The notes under the pieces: generated by a model
Seen by the model: the letters and a program-made list of their open reading frames with translations, nothing else
Told to the model about the DNA's origin: nothing
Databases searched by the model: none
Position numbers and translations under genes: made by a program
IMG/VR virus record: IMGVR_UViG_2541047117_000001
Location: 1-24,840 of that record
Strand: one strand, 5' to 3'
DNA length: 24,840 bases
Source: a virus
Lineage: Duplodnaviria > Heunggongvirae > Uroviricota > Caudoviricetes
Shown: positions 16,655 to 23,865 of the stretch, piece after piece
Numbering within the stretch: the first letter of the stretch is position 1
Layout of the letters: each line of letters opens with the position of its first letter

Positions 16655-16688
16655 CGGTTATGCCCCGTTTCCTCCACACCTCAGAGCA

Positions 16689-16970
16689 TCATCGTTCCAC
16701 TAAATCTTTAAACGCACCGTCAAACTTATTAATCGTTTTGTTCAATGCCTCAAGAAACTTTGGATTGACACCTTCGGGCATGGAAATTTGTTGTTTTTTT
16801 CTAATTTCAATTACCCCATCGTCTTCTCTAACTTCGATACTCATAACGTCACCTTGTCCGATATTTAACTTGTTATATACGTCCTGTGGTAGTGTCAATC
16901 CTAATGAGTTACCGATTTTTGTAACTTTGCGTTCGAATTTGTCCATTACCATTAGTCCTTTCATTGCCAT
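16689..16970 (-). CDS. AbrB/MazE-family antitoxin, cognate of Doc
   Basis: 'ERKVTKIGNSLGLTLPQDV..KLNI.QGD..SIE' swapped hairpin, directly upstream of doc. Start is ATG 16970 (after AAAGGAGG) or ATG 16946. Confidence 0.9.
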   Translation of the reverse strand: MAMKGLMVMDKFERKVTKIGNSLGLTLPQDVYNKLNIGQGDVMSIEVREDDGVIEIRKKQQISMPEGVNPKFLEALNKTINKFDGAFKDLVER

Positions 16971-17287
16971 TTTTAAGTTGCCTCCTTTGATACTAACCAA
17001 CAACTATCTTGTTTAAGAATTATCATTGCATAGACTGTCGTCTTTTATGCACTGTTATGTTGGGTGGTGTAACTATAGTGTGGTTAGTAAAGGGGTCAAT
17101 TTCATGGTTCTTTCTCATTCTTTATCTCTCTGTATGCTCACGACGGCTTCGATATTAATACAGAACCACAAACCCCATTATTTTAGTTTTTTTATGTTTT
17201 CACGACTTCTTGTTTTCTACGATTTTTTTAGCGGACTGGTGTATGAGTTAGTAAGTTAGTAAGTACTAATGTTATAACTGTAAAATT

Positions 17288-17316
17288 ATTATACAATTTT
17301 ATAAAAGATAAGTCAA
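17288..17316 (-). promoter_or_regulatory. Near-consensus SigA promoter (TTGACT-17-TATAAT) facing the antitoxin-doc operon
   Basis: -35 is the complement of 17311-17316, -10 the complement of 17288-17293. A second promoter TTGACC-16-TATAGT lies at 17072-17099 (-). Confidence 0.65.
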
Positions 17317-17387
17317 ATAAATGCGTTACATTATTATAGGTAAATTTAAAATATAATAAAAGAATATACAGATTAGAAAAATATACC

Positions 17388-17430
17388 TTGCAATAGAACT
17401 ATTGTTCGTATATAATAAAACATGTGTTCG
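17388..17430 (+). promoter_or_regulatory. SOS (LexA/DinR)-controlled SigA promoter with two SOS boxes
   Basis: TTGCAA (17388-93)-17-TATAAT (17411-16). GAAC-TATT-GTTCG (17396-17408) lies between -35 and -10, and AAAC-ATGT-GTTCG (17418-17430) over the start site. Both match the Firmicutes GAAC-N4-GTTC box (the second with one mismatch). Confidence 0.8.
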
Positions 17431-17527
17431 GTTAGAGATGAACTACCACTTCTCCTTTAACCATGTGTATGTATGTGTAACTATTTTATATAGGGCAACA
17501 TGTGTGGTTGCTCTCTTGCTTTTTTTT
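17423..17527 (+). ncRNA. Candidate SOS-induced ~105-nt sRNA with an anti-SD tract
   Basis: Promoter above. 5' hairpin GGTTA-GAGA...TCTC-CTT-TAACC containing CTTCTCCTTT (17449-58). Terminator AGGGCAAC-ATGTGTG-GTTGCTCT (17492-17514) plus a T run. Confidence 0.55.
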
Positions 17528-17551
17528 AACAACTACCTTTATAATATAATT

Positions 17552-17664
17552 ATGATATTACACTTTAAGGATGTAGTTGCTGTGTTGCAGTAATCTGCTA
17601 AACTTTTGCGTTTTCTTTTACTTTCACTTTCACTTAGACCACTCGACTAGGATGGTTCTTTTTT
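17552..17664 (+). ncRNA. Second candidate sRNA, pyrimidine-rich
   Basis: TTGCTT-18-TATAAT (17516-17545), terminator GACCA(C)TC-GACTAG-GATGGTT-CTTTTTT (17637-17664), no ORF with a convincing RBS. Confidence 0.35.
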
Positions 17665-17687
17665 ATTCATCTTAAAGATTTCTCTAT

Positions 17688-17719
17688 AAATAAAGCAGAG
17701 GCGCTACTAACACCTCTGC
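17688..17719 (-). terminator. Intrinsic terminator of the minus-strand early cluster
   Basis: GCAGAGG-CGCTACTAACA-CCTCTGC (17695-17719), followed on the - strand by TTTATTT. Confidence 0.8.
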
Positions 17720-17728
17720 ACCTTATAC

Positions 17729-18721
17729 TTAATTCTTCTGTTTAACCTTGATTTCTATGTCAAATGAACCCTGTTCATCTTCTAGCATTTTTAGCATGAA
17801 CTTCATACGTTTAAGGAATTTCTTAGTGCTTAATTCCCCTTTTAGTTCGAAGTTAAATACCTGACCATCAAGCTCTACATCGACTGTATTAGAATCTTTT
17901 TTTACTTCTTTTACTTTTGTAACTTCTAGTGTAGGTGCTATAGTAACTACTTCTTCTGCTACCTCTTCTTTCGCTTCTTGAAGTGTTACAGCAACTTCTT
18001 CTTGAGCAATTTGCTCCACTATAAGCTGTGCAACAGGAGTTTTAATCTCTTCTTCTTTAATCTCTTCTTTAGGTTGTTCTTCTATAGTTATTTGTTCTGA
18101 TTTCTGTTGCTTAGCTTCTTCTTTTTTATTCTTTTGATTGAACTTATATTGTAAAGAATAAATTACGCTTGGGTTTACATCCCATGCATTTGCTAGCTGT
18201 TTTCCCTTTTTATATAGAGTGCCATAATAAACATTAAATAATGCTTCCTGTTGGTGTAATGGCAACATCTTGAATGTCTCGTAATCGCATAATTCCTTCT
18301 TCATGGACTCTAGCTCTTCCTCTGATACTTCAATCTTCTCAGATTCACTGATGCCTCTTGATAAATTACTTGGCTTTCTTTCAATATTTAAATCGTCCAT
18401 CCACTTGCTAAATGAACCTTTACTTATGCCCATTCCTTGTATAATTTGACCATTTGTATGTTTCTCTCTCCATGCCTCAAATAACATCTTCTGTTCGTCT
18501 TTGCTTTTCTTCTTAAATTCTTCTATAGAAATAATCTCATACATATTGTACGCTCGCACCTCTCCGCTTAATTTCTTTTGTTCTTTCTTAGACATATGTA
18601 AATAGGGAACGTGAAAATAACTTCCACCTTTCCTAGTAGAAACCCTGCTAAATATGTTAGAACCAATTCTTTTTTTCTCCCGAACCTCTTGCTTAAATAT
18701 TTTCTCTATATTTTCTTTCAC
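17729..18721 (-). CDS. Hypothetical protein with two HTH-like repeats, an acidic linker and a small C-terminal domain
   Basis: GTG start at 18721 after GAGGTGGGGTGA (the ORF-track start 18808 has no RBS). HTH-like 'NGQIIQGMGISKGSFSKWM' and 'GKQLANAWDVNPSVIYSL'. Confidence 0.7.
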   Translation of the reverse strand: MKENIEKIFKQEVREKKRIGSNIFSRVSTRKGGSYFHVPYLHMSKKEQKKLSGEVRAYNMYEIISIEEFKKKSKDEQKMLFEAWREKHTNGQIIQGMGISKGSFSKWMDDLNIERKPSNLSRGISESEKIEVSEEELESMKKELCDYETFKMLPLHQQEALFNVYYGTLYKKGKQLANAWDVNPSVIYSLQYKFNQKNKKEEAKQQKSEQITIEEQPKEEIKEEEIKTPVAQLIVEQIAQEEVAVTLQEAKEEVAEEVVTIAPTLEVTKVKEVKKDSNTVDVELDGQVFNFELKGELSTKKFLKRMKFMLKMLEDEQGSFDIEIKVKQKN

Positions 18722-18824
18722 ATCACCCCACCTCTCACTGCAATATTTTTGTTTTATATAACAAGCATAACAAATAATGAAAAAAGAAGACAGGGAAAAA
18801 TATTCCATGTCTTCTAAATCGCTG

Positions 18825-19691
18825 TTACATTTTATTATTTTCTACTAAAACTTCTTTAACTAATGACGGTAATTTTCGTCCGATACCCTGCTTGATGTCA
18901 GTGAATAGTGTATCAGCTTCCTCTTCCATGATGTCGTCAAACATACGTGAACCCATATTTTTAAGGATGATTCCCATGTTTGTTACGTCATAGTCCTCTT
19001 CAAGTAATCCTTCATCAACTAACTTATGTAACATCTTCTCAACTCGTCCAGTTGTTAAGAATTTCTCAACGAAATCTGCACCAAGTCGTTGCGGTGCTTC
19101 CTTCTGCTTCTTAGGAATTACACCATTCATTTCTTTGAATGAAGAGGAAACAATTTTGAAGAATTGTTGTTCGCCATGTTTATTCGTAGCCCAAACATTT
19201 TTAACCACAACACCTTCTCCTACTTCACCTAATTTAGACTGTCCTACAAACGATTCTAAGTGTTCGTGAGATTGGAACATTCCTGAGTAAAGCAATGGAA
19301 CTAAGTTAATGTTAAGACGTTCAGCTTCCTGTTCAACTGTCTTAAATAAGCAGTATCTTTCAAGCTCTTCATCATAGATATCAAATAAGTAGAACTGGTT
19401 TTCATTTTCACCATAATCTAATTTGTGACGCACTAACCATTCGCCATAGTAGGTTGCTCCTTCAACCAAATCTTCTGCTACGATATTTTCATAAACCCAA
19501 TTATAGAACCCACGAAGAGTATCTTTTTCATCTAATTGTTTATTACGTGAGAAGCAGAGAATTTGGTCTCCATCACGCTTGAATGAGGCATTAGCTCCAT
19601 CTAACTTCTCTGTAACTGTGATTTTTTCTCCTGCTTTAATCATATTGATAGAACCTTTTCCGTAACGTACAATCTTCATGTATTTTTTCAT
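18825..19691 (-). CDS. RNA ligase family protein (Rnl2-like nucleotidyltransferase)
   Basis: Motif I TEKLDGAN, YGEW, FYLFDI, EGVVVK, FKIVS..FKE. Confidence 0.9.
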   Translation of the reverse strand: MKKYMKIVRYGKGSINMIKAGEKITVTEKLDGANASFKRDGDQILCFSRNKQLDEKDTLRGFYNWVYENIVAEDLVEGATYYGEWLVRHKLDYGENENQFYLFDIYDEELERYCLFKTVEQEAERLNINLVPLLYSGMFQSHEHLESFVGQSKLGEVGEGVVVKNVWATNKHGEQQFFKIVSSSFKEMNGVIPKKQKEAPQRLGADFVEKFLTTGRVEKMLHKLVDEGLLEEDYDVTNMGIILKNMGSRMFDDIMEEEADTLFTDIKQGIGRKLPSLVKEVLVENNKM

Positions 19692-19707
19692 TTGTTTCCC
19701 TCTCCGA

Positions 19708-19730
19708 ATTCATTATTTTTTACACTTGTA
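19708..19730 (-). repeat. 23-bp dispersed motif copy 3 (TACAAGTGTAAAAAATAATGAAT)
   Basis: Overlaps the rusA stop, 2-3 nt upstream of the ligase RBS GGAGAGGG. Confidence 0.8.
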
Positions 19731-20294
19731 AGAATGGCAAGTCAGAGTTTTCTCATCTAACTCTGCTTGGATAAATCCTTGTTTAGCTTGTTTTAAGATT
19801 GAACATGAACCCTTTCGATATCTTGAGCATGTCTCACAGTTCTTCTCAAACTCATCAACTTGCTCTTGGTCTCTAAAGATTCCTCTGTATTTTACTGGTT
19901 TCAGTCGAACTACAACCCTTGGATTCTCTTTGTCATACAAGATACGCTGTGTACGGATTAGAACTCGTGAGTCGTTGTCATAGACAATCTTTTCAAGAGC
20001 ATCACACAGCAATTTATAGATGTTGTTATCGTCACGTCCACGCTTGTTAAAATAGATAACCGTATCCATGTAGATAAAGTTTTCCTTGGTGTATTCGTAT
20101 TCCCAGTTGGCTTTCTGTTCTCGTAATTGCAACTTCGCATACTTTTGCAGTCGCATCTTACAAGCCCTACCCTCTTTGCTCAGAATCCGCTTACCTGTTG
20201 GCACATATCGTTTTGTTTTTGGATTAAAGGTAGCTTGATTCGTATAGAGCTTGTTAAGAGATGTAGGCAGTTCGAGATTTAAAACTAATTCCAA
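19713..20294 (-). CDS. rusA: RusA-family Holliday junction resolvase with a C-terminal Cys-rich extension
   Basis: 'LPTSLNKLY', 'RDDNNIYKLLCDAL..IVYDNDSRV', 'NPRVVVRL'. TTG start after AAGGTGA. C-terminal CETC...CSI...C. Confidence 0.85.
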   Translation of the reverse strand: MELVLNLELPTSLNKLYTNQATFNPKTKRYVPTGKRILSKEGRACKMRLQKYAKLQLREQKANWEYEYTKENFIYMDTVIYFNKRGRDDNNIYKLLCDALEKIVYDNDSRVLIRTQRILYDKENPRVVVRLKPVKYRGIFRDQEQVDEFEKNCETCSRYRKGSCSILKQAKQGFIQAELDEKTLTCHSYKCKK

Positions 20295-20852
20295 TTAGTT
20301 CACCTTGGCGTACATTTCTTTGATTCGTGATAGAATCTCGATAGTAAGTGATGCCATGTTACGTTCATTTTTAATTACAAAATCATAATGCCCTTTATTT
20401 TTTAACTCTTCTTCATACGTCTCATTGCGCTTTAAAGCTGACTCAACGCTATCTCCACGCCCTAACATGTTGTAAACACAATCATCCTTGGTTGCATGAA
20501 TGAAAATACCGATAGCATTTGGATATATTTCTTTAAGCTGTTGGTAGCCTTGGAAGTCCACGACTACATATGCAAATCCTTCTGCTTCAATGATTGAGTT
20601 AATCTCTTTCTTTGTTACTCCATATGAGTTGTAATGATAATTTGAAATCTCGGCAAACTCTCTATTAATACTCATGTCAGCGTATTCCTCTTGGTCAATG
20701 AAGTAATAATCTAATCCGTGAACCTCTCCTTCTCGCATTGGACGAGTAGTGTGAGACACACATTCTGTATGATTGCCAAAGGCTCGTCGGGACAGGTAGG
20801 TCTTACCTGCTCCGCTCATACCAGTGACAATGACTAGTCTTTGTGGATTCAT
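20295..20852 (-). CDS. gmk: Guanylate kinase
   Basis: P-loop GMSGAGKT, 'SHTTRPMREGEVHGLDYYFI', 'YGVTK..I', 'YDFVIKN'. Confidence 0.92.
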   Translation of the reverse strand: MNPQRLVIVTGMSGAGKTYLSRRAFGNHTECVSHTTRPMREGEVHGLDYYFIDQEEYADMSINREFAEISNYHYNSYGVTKKEINSIIEAEGFAYVVVDFQGYQQLKEIYPNAIGIFIHATKDDCVYNMLGRGDSVESALKRNETYEEELKNKGHYDFVIKNERNMASLTIEILSRIKEMYAKVN

Positions 20853-20863
20853 AAAATCCTCCT

Positions 20864-20886
20864 ATTCATTATTTTTTACATTTGTA
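20864..20886 (-). repeat. 23-bp dispersed motif copy 4 (TACAAATGTAAAAAATAATGAAT)
   Basis: Overlaps the HD-gene stop and abuts the gmk RBS AGGAGG. Confidence 0.8.
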
Positions 20887-21478
20887 GAGAATGATAAGAA
20901 ATCTCCTCTTTTAAATGATTGTATACATCAATAAATTCAGCCTTTACCTCATCTCGATTACGACGATGGGTCAAGTTAATTGATGTGTCTTCAAAATATT
21001 CCACGTCGGGAAATTCATGAATACGACATGCTAGCTGTTCAAACTCATGGTAAAGCATTGTATTGTCCAACATTTTAACTAGACGATACTCTTCTTGTGT
21101 CGGTTTCCCGATTCCAACCATGTCCCAAATCGTGTCCATGATGCGGTCTTCAATCTCTTTGTATTGAGGAATAAACTGCTTTACTGGGCGTGGTACGTCA
21201 CAGACAATGGATTCTGAGCCATCATGCATTAAAGCAAACATTTGAACTCGTAAAGGCAGTCCCAATTTAATAGCTAAGTGATAACATCCTAGTGAATGCT
21301 CTCCAACTGTGTACAGTGCATCTAAGTGTCCTGCGTAGCGCACCATACGTGATAAAGAGTGAGCAATATCAAAGACGGTGATGTCTTCTTTGCGTGGCTG
21401 TATTGGGTAGAAACGCTTCCCTGTGTGTAATGTGATGTAGTCTCCTACTCGTTCTTGTACGTATTTAGTTGATTCCAT
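20876..21478 (-). CDS. HD-domain phosphohydrolase (YfbR/YfdR-like 5'-deoxynucleotidase family)
   Basis: 'DIAHSLS...RYAGH...YTVGEHS...ALMHDGSES...DVPRPVK'. Confidence 0.88.
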   Translation of the reverse strand: MESTKYVQERVGDYITLHTGKRFYPIQPRKEDITVFDIAHSLSRMVRYAGHLDALYTVGEHSLGCYHLAIKLGLPLRVQMFALMHDGSESIVCDVPRPVKQFIPQYKEIEDRIMDTIWDMVGIGKPTQEEYRLVKMLDNTMLYHEFEQLACRIHEFPDVEYFEDTSINLTHRRNRDEVKAEFIDVYNHLKEEISYHSLQM

Positions 21479-21511
21479 AATTCCCTCTCCTTTAAATCTT
21501 TATTTATTTAA

Positions 21512-21913
21512 TTATTTAATTGGTCTTGTGTTTGGACGATGCAACCATTTAGTAGTAAATATAACGTCCATCGGAGGATAAGCCGTACACCATCTCTTGC
21601 AATCTTCGTCATAAATTTCCATTAATCCATACTCTTTAGAGAATCGGTAGATTCCCATGAACTCCTCATCTTTGTTGTATCTGACAAGCTCTCGACCATC
21701 TGCTAACGTACTTACAATCTCATTTGGAGTTAAATAAGTTCTCTCAGCCTTCCAATCAGAATCTAATACATCTTGTGATAGTCCAAGCAAAAAATTAGGA
21801 GATTCAAAAACAATTCCGTACTCTTCACGTTTGACATAATCCTTTTCTCCATCTTTCATTCGGTAAGCTCTCTGACCAATTTGAAGTTTCTTCAATAGCT
21901 CTGTAATATGCAT
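21512..21913 (-). CDS. Hypothetical protein
   Basis: 133-aa ORF with RBS AAGGAAGGAG, in operon. Confidence 0.75.
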   Translation of the reverse strand: MHITELLKKLQIGQRAYRMKDGEKDYVKREEYGIVFESPNFLLGLSQDVLDSDWKAERTYLTPNEIVSTLADGRELVRYNKDEEFMGIYRFSKEYGLMEIYDEDCKRWCTAYPPMDVIFTTKWLHRPNTRPIK

Positions 21914-21930
21914 GATTCCGCTCCTTCCTT

Positions 21931-22287
21931 TTAAACTACGTAGAGATGTAACTCCATTTTGGTTCTAACAGCCAAGTCAATCATTCCCTTAGTTCCTCGA
22001 CTCTTTCCGTCCCAAAAGCAGAAGCAGATATCGGAATACATAGCCATATCATAATTTCTCATGTGTCCTGCTGAGTTACCGTGTTCTTCCCAGTTAGCAG
22101 GGAACACCGTAAGTTTCAATCCATACTGCTTAGCAAACTGTTCTCCTAACCAATCTGCTCCTCTAGCTCCACCACTAACAATCTCTATCTCTTCCTTTGG
22201 GAATCTCTTTAGATTAGCTAATAAGCGGTCGTGGAGCGTTTTATAATCCTTGAAGCCTCTGCTTCCTGCGACCACTACTTTCGGCAC
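21931..22287 (-). CDS. SLOG-family protein (DUF2493/YspA-like)
   Basis: 'KVVVAGSR.F.DY', 'EIVSGGARGAD.LGE.FA', 'AG..RN..M', 'FWDGKSRGT..MI'. GTG start at 22287 after AGGGGAG. Confidence 0.9.
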   Translation of the reverse strand: MPKVVVAGSRGFKDYKTLHDRLLANLKRFPKEEIEIVSGGARGADWLGEQFAKQYGLKLTVFPANWEEHGNSAGHMRNYDMAMYSDICFCFWDGKSRGTKGMIDLAVRTKMELHLYVV

Positions 22288-22466
22288 ATGTATCGCTCCC
22301 CTATGTAGTACTGCATTATCCATTCAAATTCATCTTTAGTAAGACACACAAAAGAGTCATAGGTGAAGCCTGACTCCCCCATCTTCTCTCTAAATTCACG
22401 GGATTTTTCAAGCTTATCTCTTAGATGTTTAAGCTTCTCCTCATCTGTCATTTGATTAAATTTCAT
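22275..22466 (-). CDS. Hypothetical protein
   Basis: Small ORF with RBS AAGGTGA before ATG 22466, overlapping the next gene. Confidence 0.7.
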   Translation of the reverse strand: MKFNQMTDEEKLKHLRDKLEKSREFREKMGESGFTYDSFVCLTKDEFEWIMQYYIGERYMCRK

Positions 22467-22539
22467 AGTCATCACCTTTGTATAAAACTATTATTTTACT
22501 GAATAAATCAGATCCAAAAATTCCTTATTTTTAAAGCGA

Positions 22540-22776
22540 TTATTCCGATGTCATCTTAATTAATTCTAAAATCTGAGGTAGTTGTTTGATAAATCCTGCA
22601 TATCTCTCCTCTTCGAAGAATACAAGCAGTTTTCTAGCATCCTTCAAAGTGATTGAGATATTGTAGTACTCTCCTTCATAGGTTTCATCAATCAGTTCGA
22701 TTTCTTTAATCAAGTCAATGGGAAGACCTAATCGCCCGTCTATTACTTTAAGTTCGGGTAGTCCATCAATCTTCAT
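22540..22776 (-). CDS. Hypothetical protein
   Basis: Likely start ATG 22776, overlapping the end of the upstream gene. Confidence 0.65.
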   Translation of the reverse strand: MKIDGLPELKVIDGRLGLPIDLIKEIELIDETYEGEYYNISITLKDARKLLVFFEEERYAGFIKQLPQILELIKMTSE

Positions 22777-23263
22777 AGGTAATACCCATAGCATCCAATT
22801 GTTTACGGTATGCATCTGTTAATGTACCTCGAACAATCTTGCCATTCTGAATATCTAGTAAGCAGATGTAAGCTAGTTGTCTAACACCGTTATCAATGAT
22901 TTTCCCTTGCTTTGTTAACTCTTCAATCTCTAGGAGAGTCTTATACTCTGATTCATCAAGACTATTATCAACACGCACACCAAACGGGATTGATACACCG
23001 CCTACTTGGATATCTGCTTCATTCATTAATTTATAAGTCTCAGGAACATTATTAAACTCGTTATATAGCTTTTTAAGTTCTCGACGTTTCTCGTAAGCAA
23101 TTCGTGAATTGTAGTGAAATTGAGCTGTGCTTCCGTCCTTCATGAATACTATGAAATAAACATCCATGTCGTCGCCAAATCTTCCGCCTACTCCACTGAT
23201 AGATTTAATTTCAGCAATCTCTACTTGATTCCAATACTTTTGTTTCTCCATTGCAAAATGCAT
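22766..23263 (-). CDS. Hypothetical protein
   Basis: 165-aa ORF, RBS GAGGCGGA. Confidence 0.75.
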   Translation of the reverse strand: MHFAMEKQKYWNQVEIAEIKSISGVGGRFGDDMDVYFIVFMKDGSTAQFHYNSRIAYEKRRELKKLYNEFNNVPETYKLMNEADIQVGGVSIPFGVRVDNSLDESEYKTLLEIEELTKQGKIIDNGVRQLAYICLLDIQNGKIVRGTLTDAYRKQLDAMGITYED

Positions 23264-23266
23264 TAT

Positions 23267-23494
23267 CTATTCCGCCTCATTTATATTCATAGTTTTAACC
23301 TTGTACGTTCCAGTGCCACAGATGTAGTCGAGAGCATGGAAGAATCCTTCAATCATCTCGTCGATTTTGTCATGATAATCATCGCCTGTTAAAATCATTA
23401 CATCGTCCTCGTCATACAGTGTAGTTGACGTTGGTTCACCATCTTTTTCGATGTCGTAGTGTGGAAACTTCTTAATAATCGTAAAGTGTCTCAT
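23267..23494 (-). CDS. Hypothetical protein
   Basis: Likely start ATG 23494 after AAGGAG, with an ATGA overlap with the upstream small gene. Confidence 0.7.
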   Translation of the reverse strand: MRHFTIIKKFPHYDIEKDGEPTSTTLYDEDDVMILTGDDYHDKIDEMIEGFFHALDYICGTGTYKVKTMNINEAE

Positions 23495-23667
23495 CTCTTT
23501 CTTCTCCTTGTTCTCACCATGATAATTAGACATGCAATTATTGAAAGGAATACCCAAATCAATATCTCTATTGGAACACCATCGAGATTGATTTCTCTAG
23601 GAACTTCACTCTCCTTAACAACTACATTGTTATCTAAAATCATTTCATTCTCTTCTTTAAACCACAT
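23491..23667 (-). CDS. 58-aa single-pass membrane protein (not in the ORF track)
   Basis: MWFKEENEMILDNNVVVKESEVPREINLDGVPIEILIWVFLSIIACLIIMVRTRRRKR*. RBS GGAAGGA; abuts both neighbours. Confidence 0.7.
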   Translation of the reverse strand: MWFKEENEMILDNNVVVKESEVPREINLDGVPIEILIWVFLSIIACLIIMVRTRRRKR

Positions 23668-23838
23668 TTAGGATTCCTTCCAATGGCTCTGCATATCCTC
23701 ATAGAAGTCAGTGCATTCGTCACAGCAACTCAACTTTTCCTCTGTACCGTTTCGATAAGTCATATTCACGGTATTTGTTAGCATGAAGAATTTCTTACAG
23801 CCATCGCAATACCCCATTATTTTTTTGATTATAAACAT
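23668..23838 (-). CDS. 56-aa Cys-rich putative zinc-binding protein (not in the ORF track)
   Basis: MFIIKKIMGYCDGCKKFFMLTNTVNMTYRNGTEEKLSCCDECTDFYEDMQSHWKES*, with CxxC...CxxC. It fills the gap in the operon exactly. Confidence 0.7.
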   Translation of the reverse strand: MFIIKKIMGYCDGCKKFFMLTNTVNMTYRNGTEEKLSCCDECTDFYEDMQSHWKES

Positions 23839-23865
23839 CTTATTTTGTTCTCCACTTCTAGCCGT

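Noticed and set aside
17026-17593. ORFs 17026-17259 and 17402-17593 as hydrophobic type I toxins
   Set aside because: No SD. The first runs through opposing promoters, and the second starts inside a promoter and crosses a terminator; an ncRNA reading fits better. Ribosome profiling would settle it.
20295-20852. (p)ppGpp-insensitive Gmk as a stringent-response bypass
   Set aside because: By eye the Tyr equivalent to the sensitivity-associated B. subtilis Y78 (EWAEYVGNYYG vs EISNYHYNSYG) is retained. An enzyme assay would be needed to claim otherwise.
20876-21478. DatZ-type dATPase indicating a Z-base (2-aminoadenine) genome
   Set aside because: The HD fold alone is not diagnostic, and no purZ or mazZ is in the window. 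A search of the full genome for PurZ would be needed.
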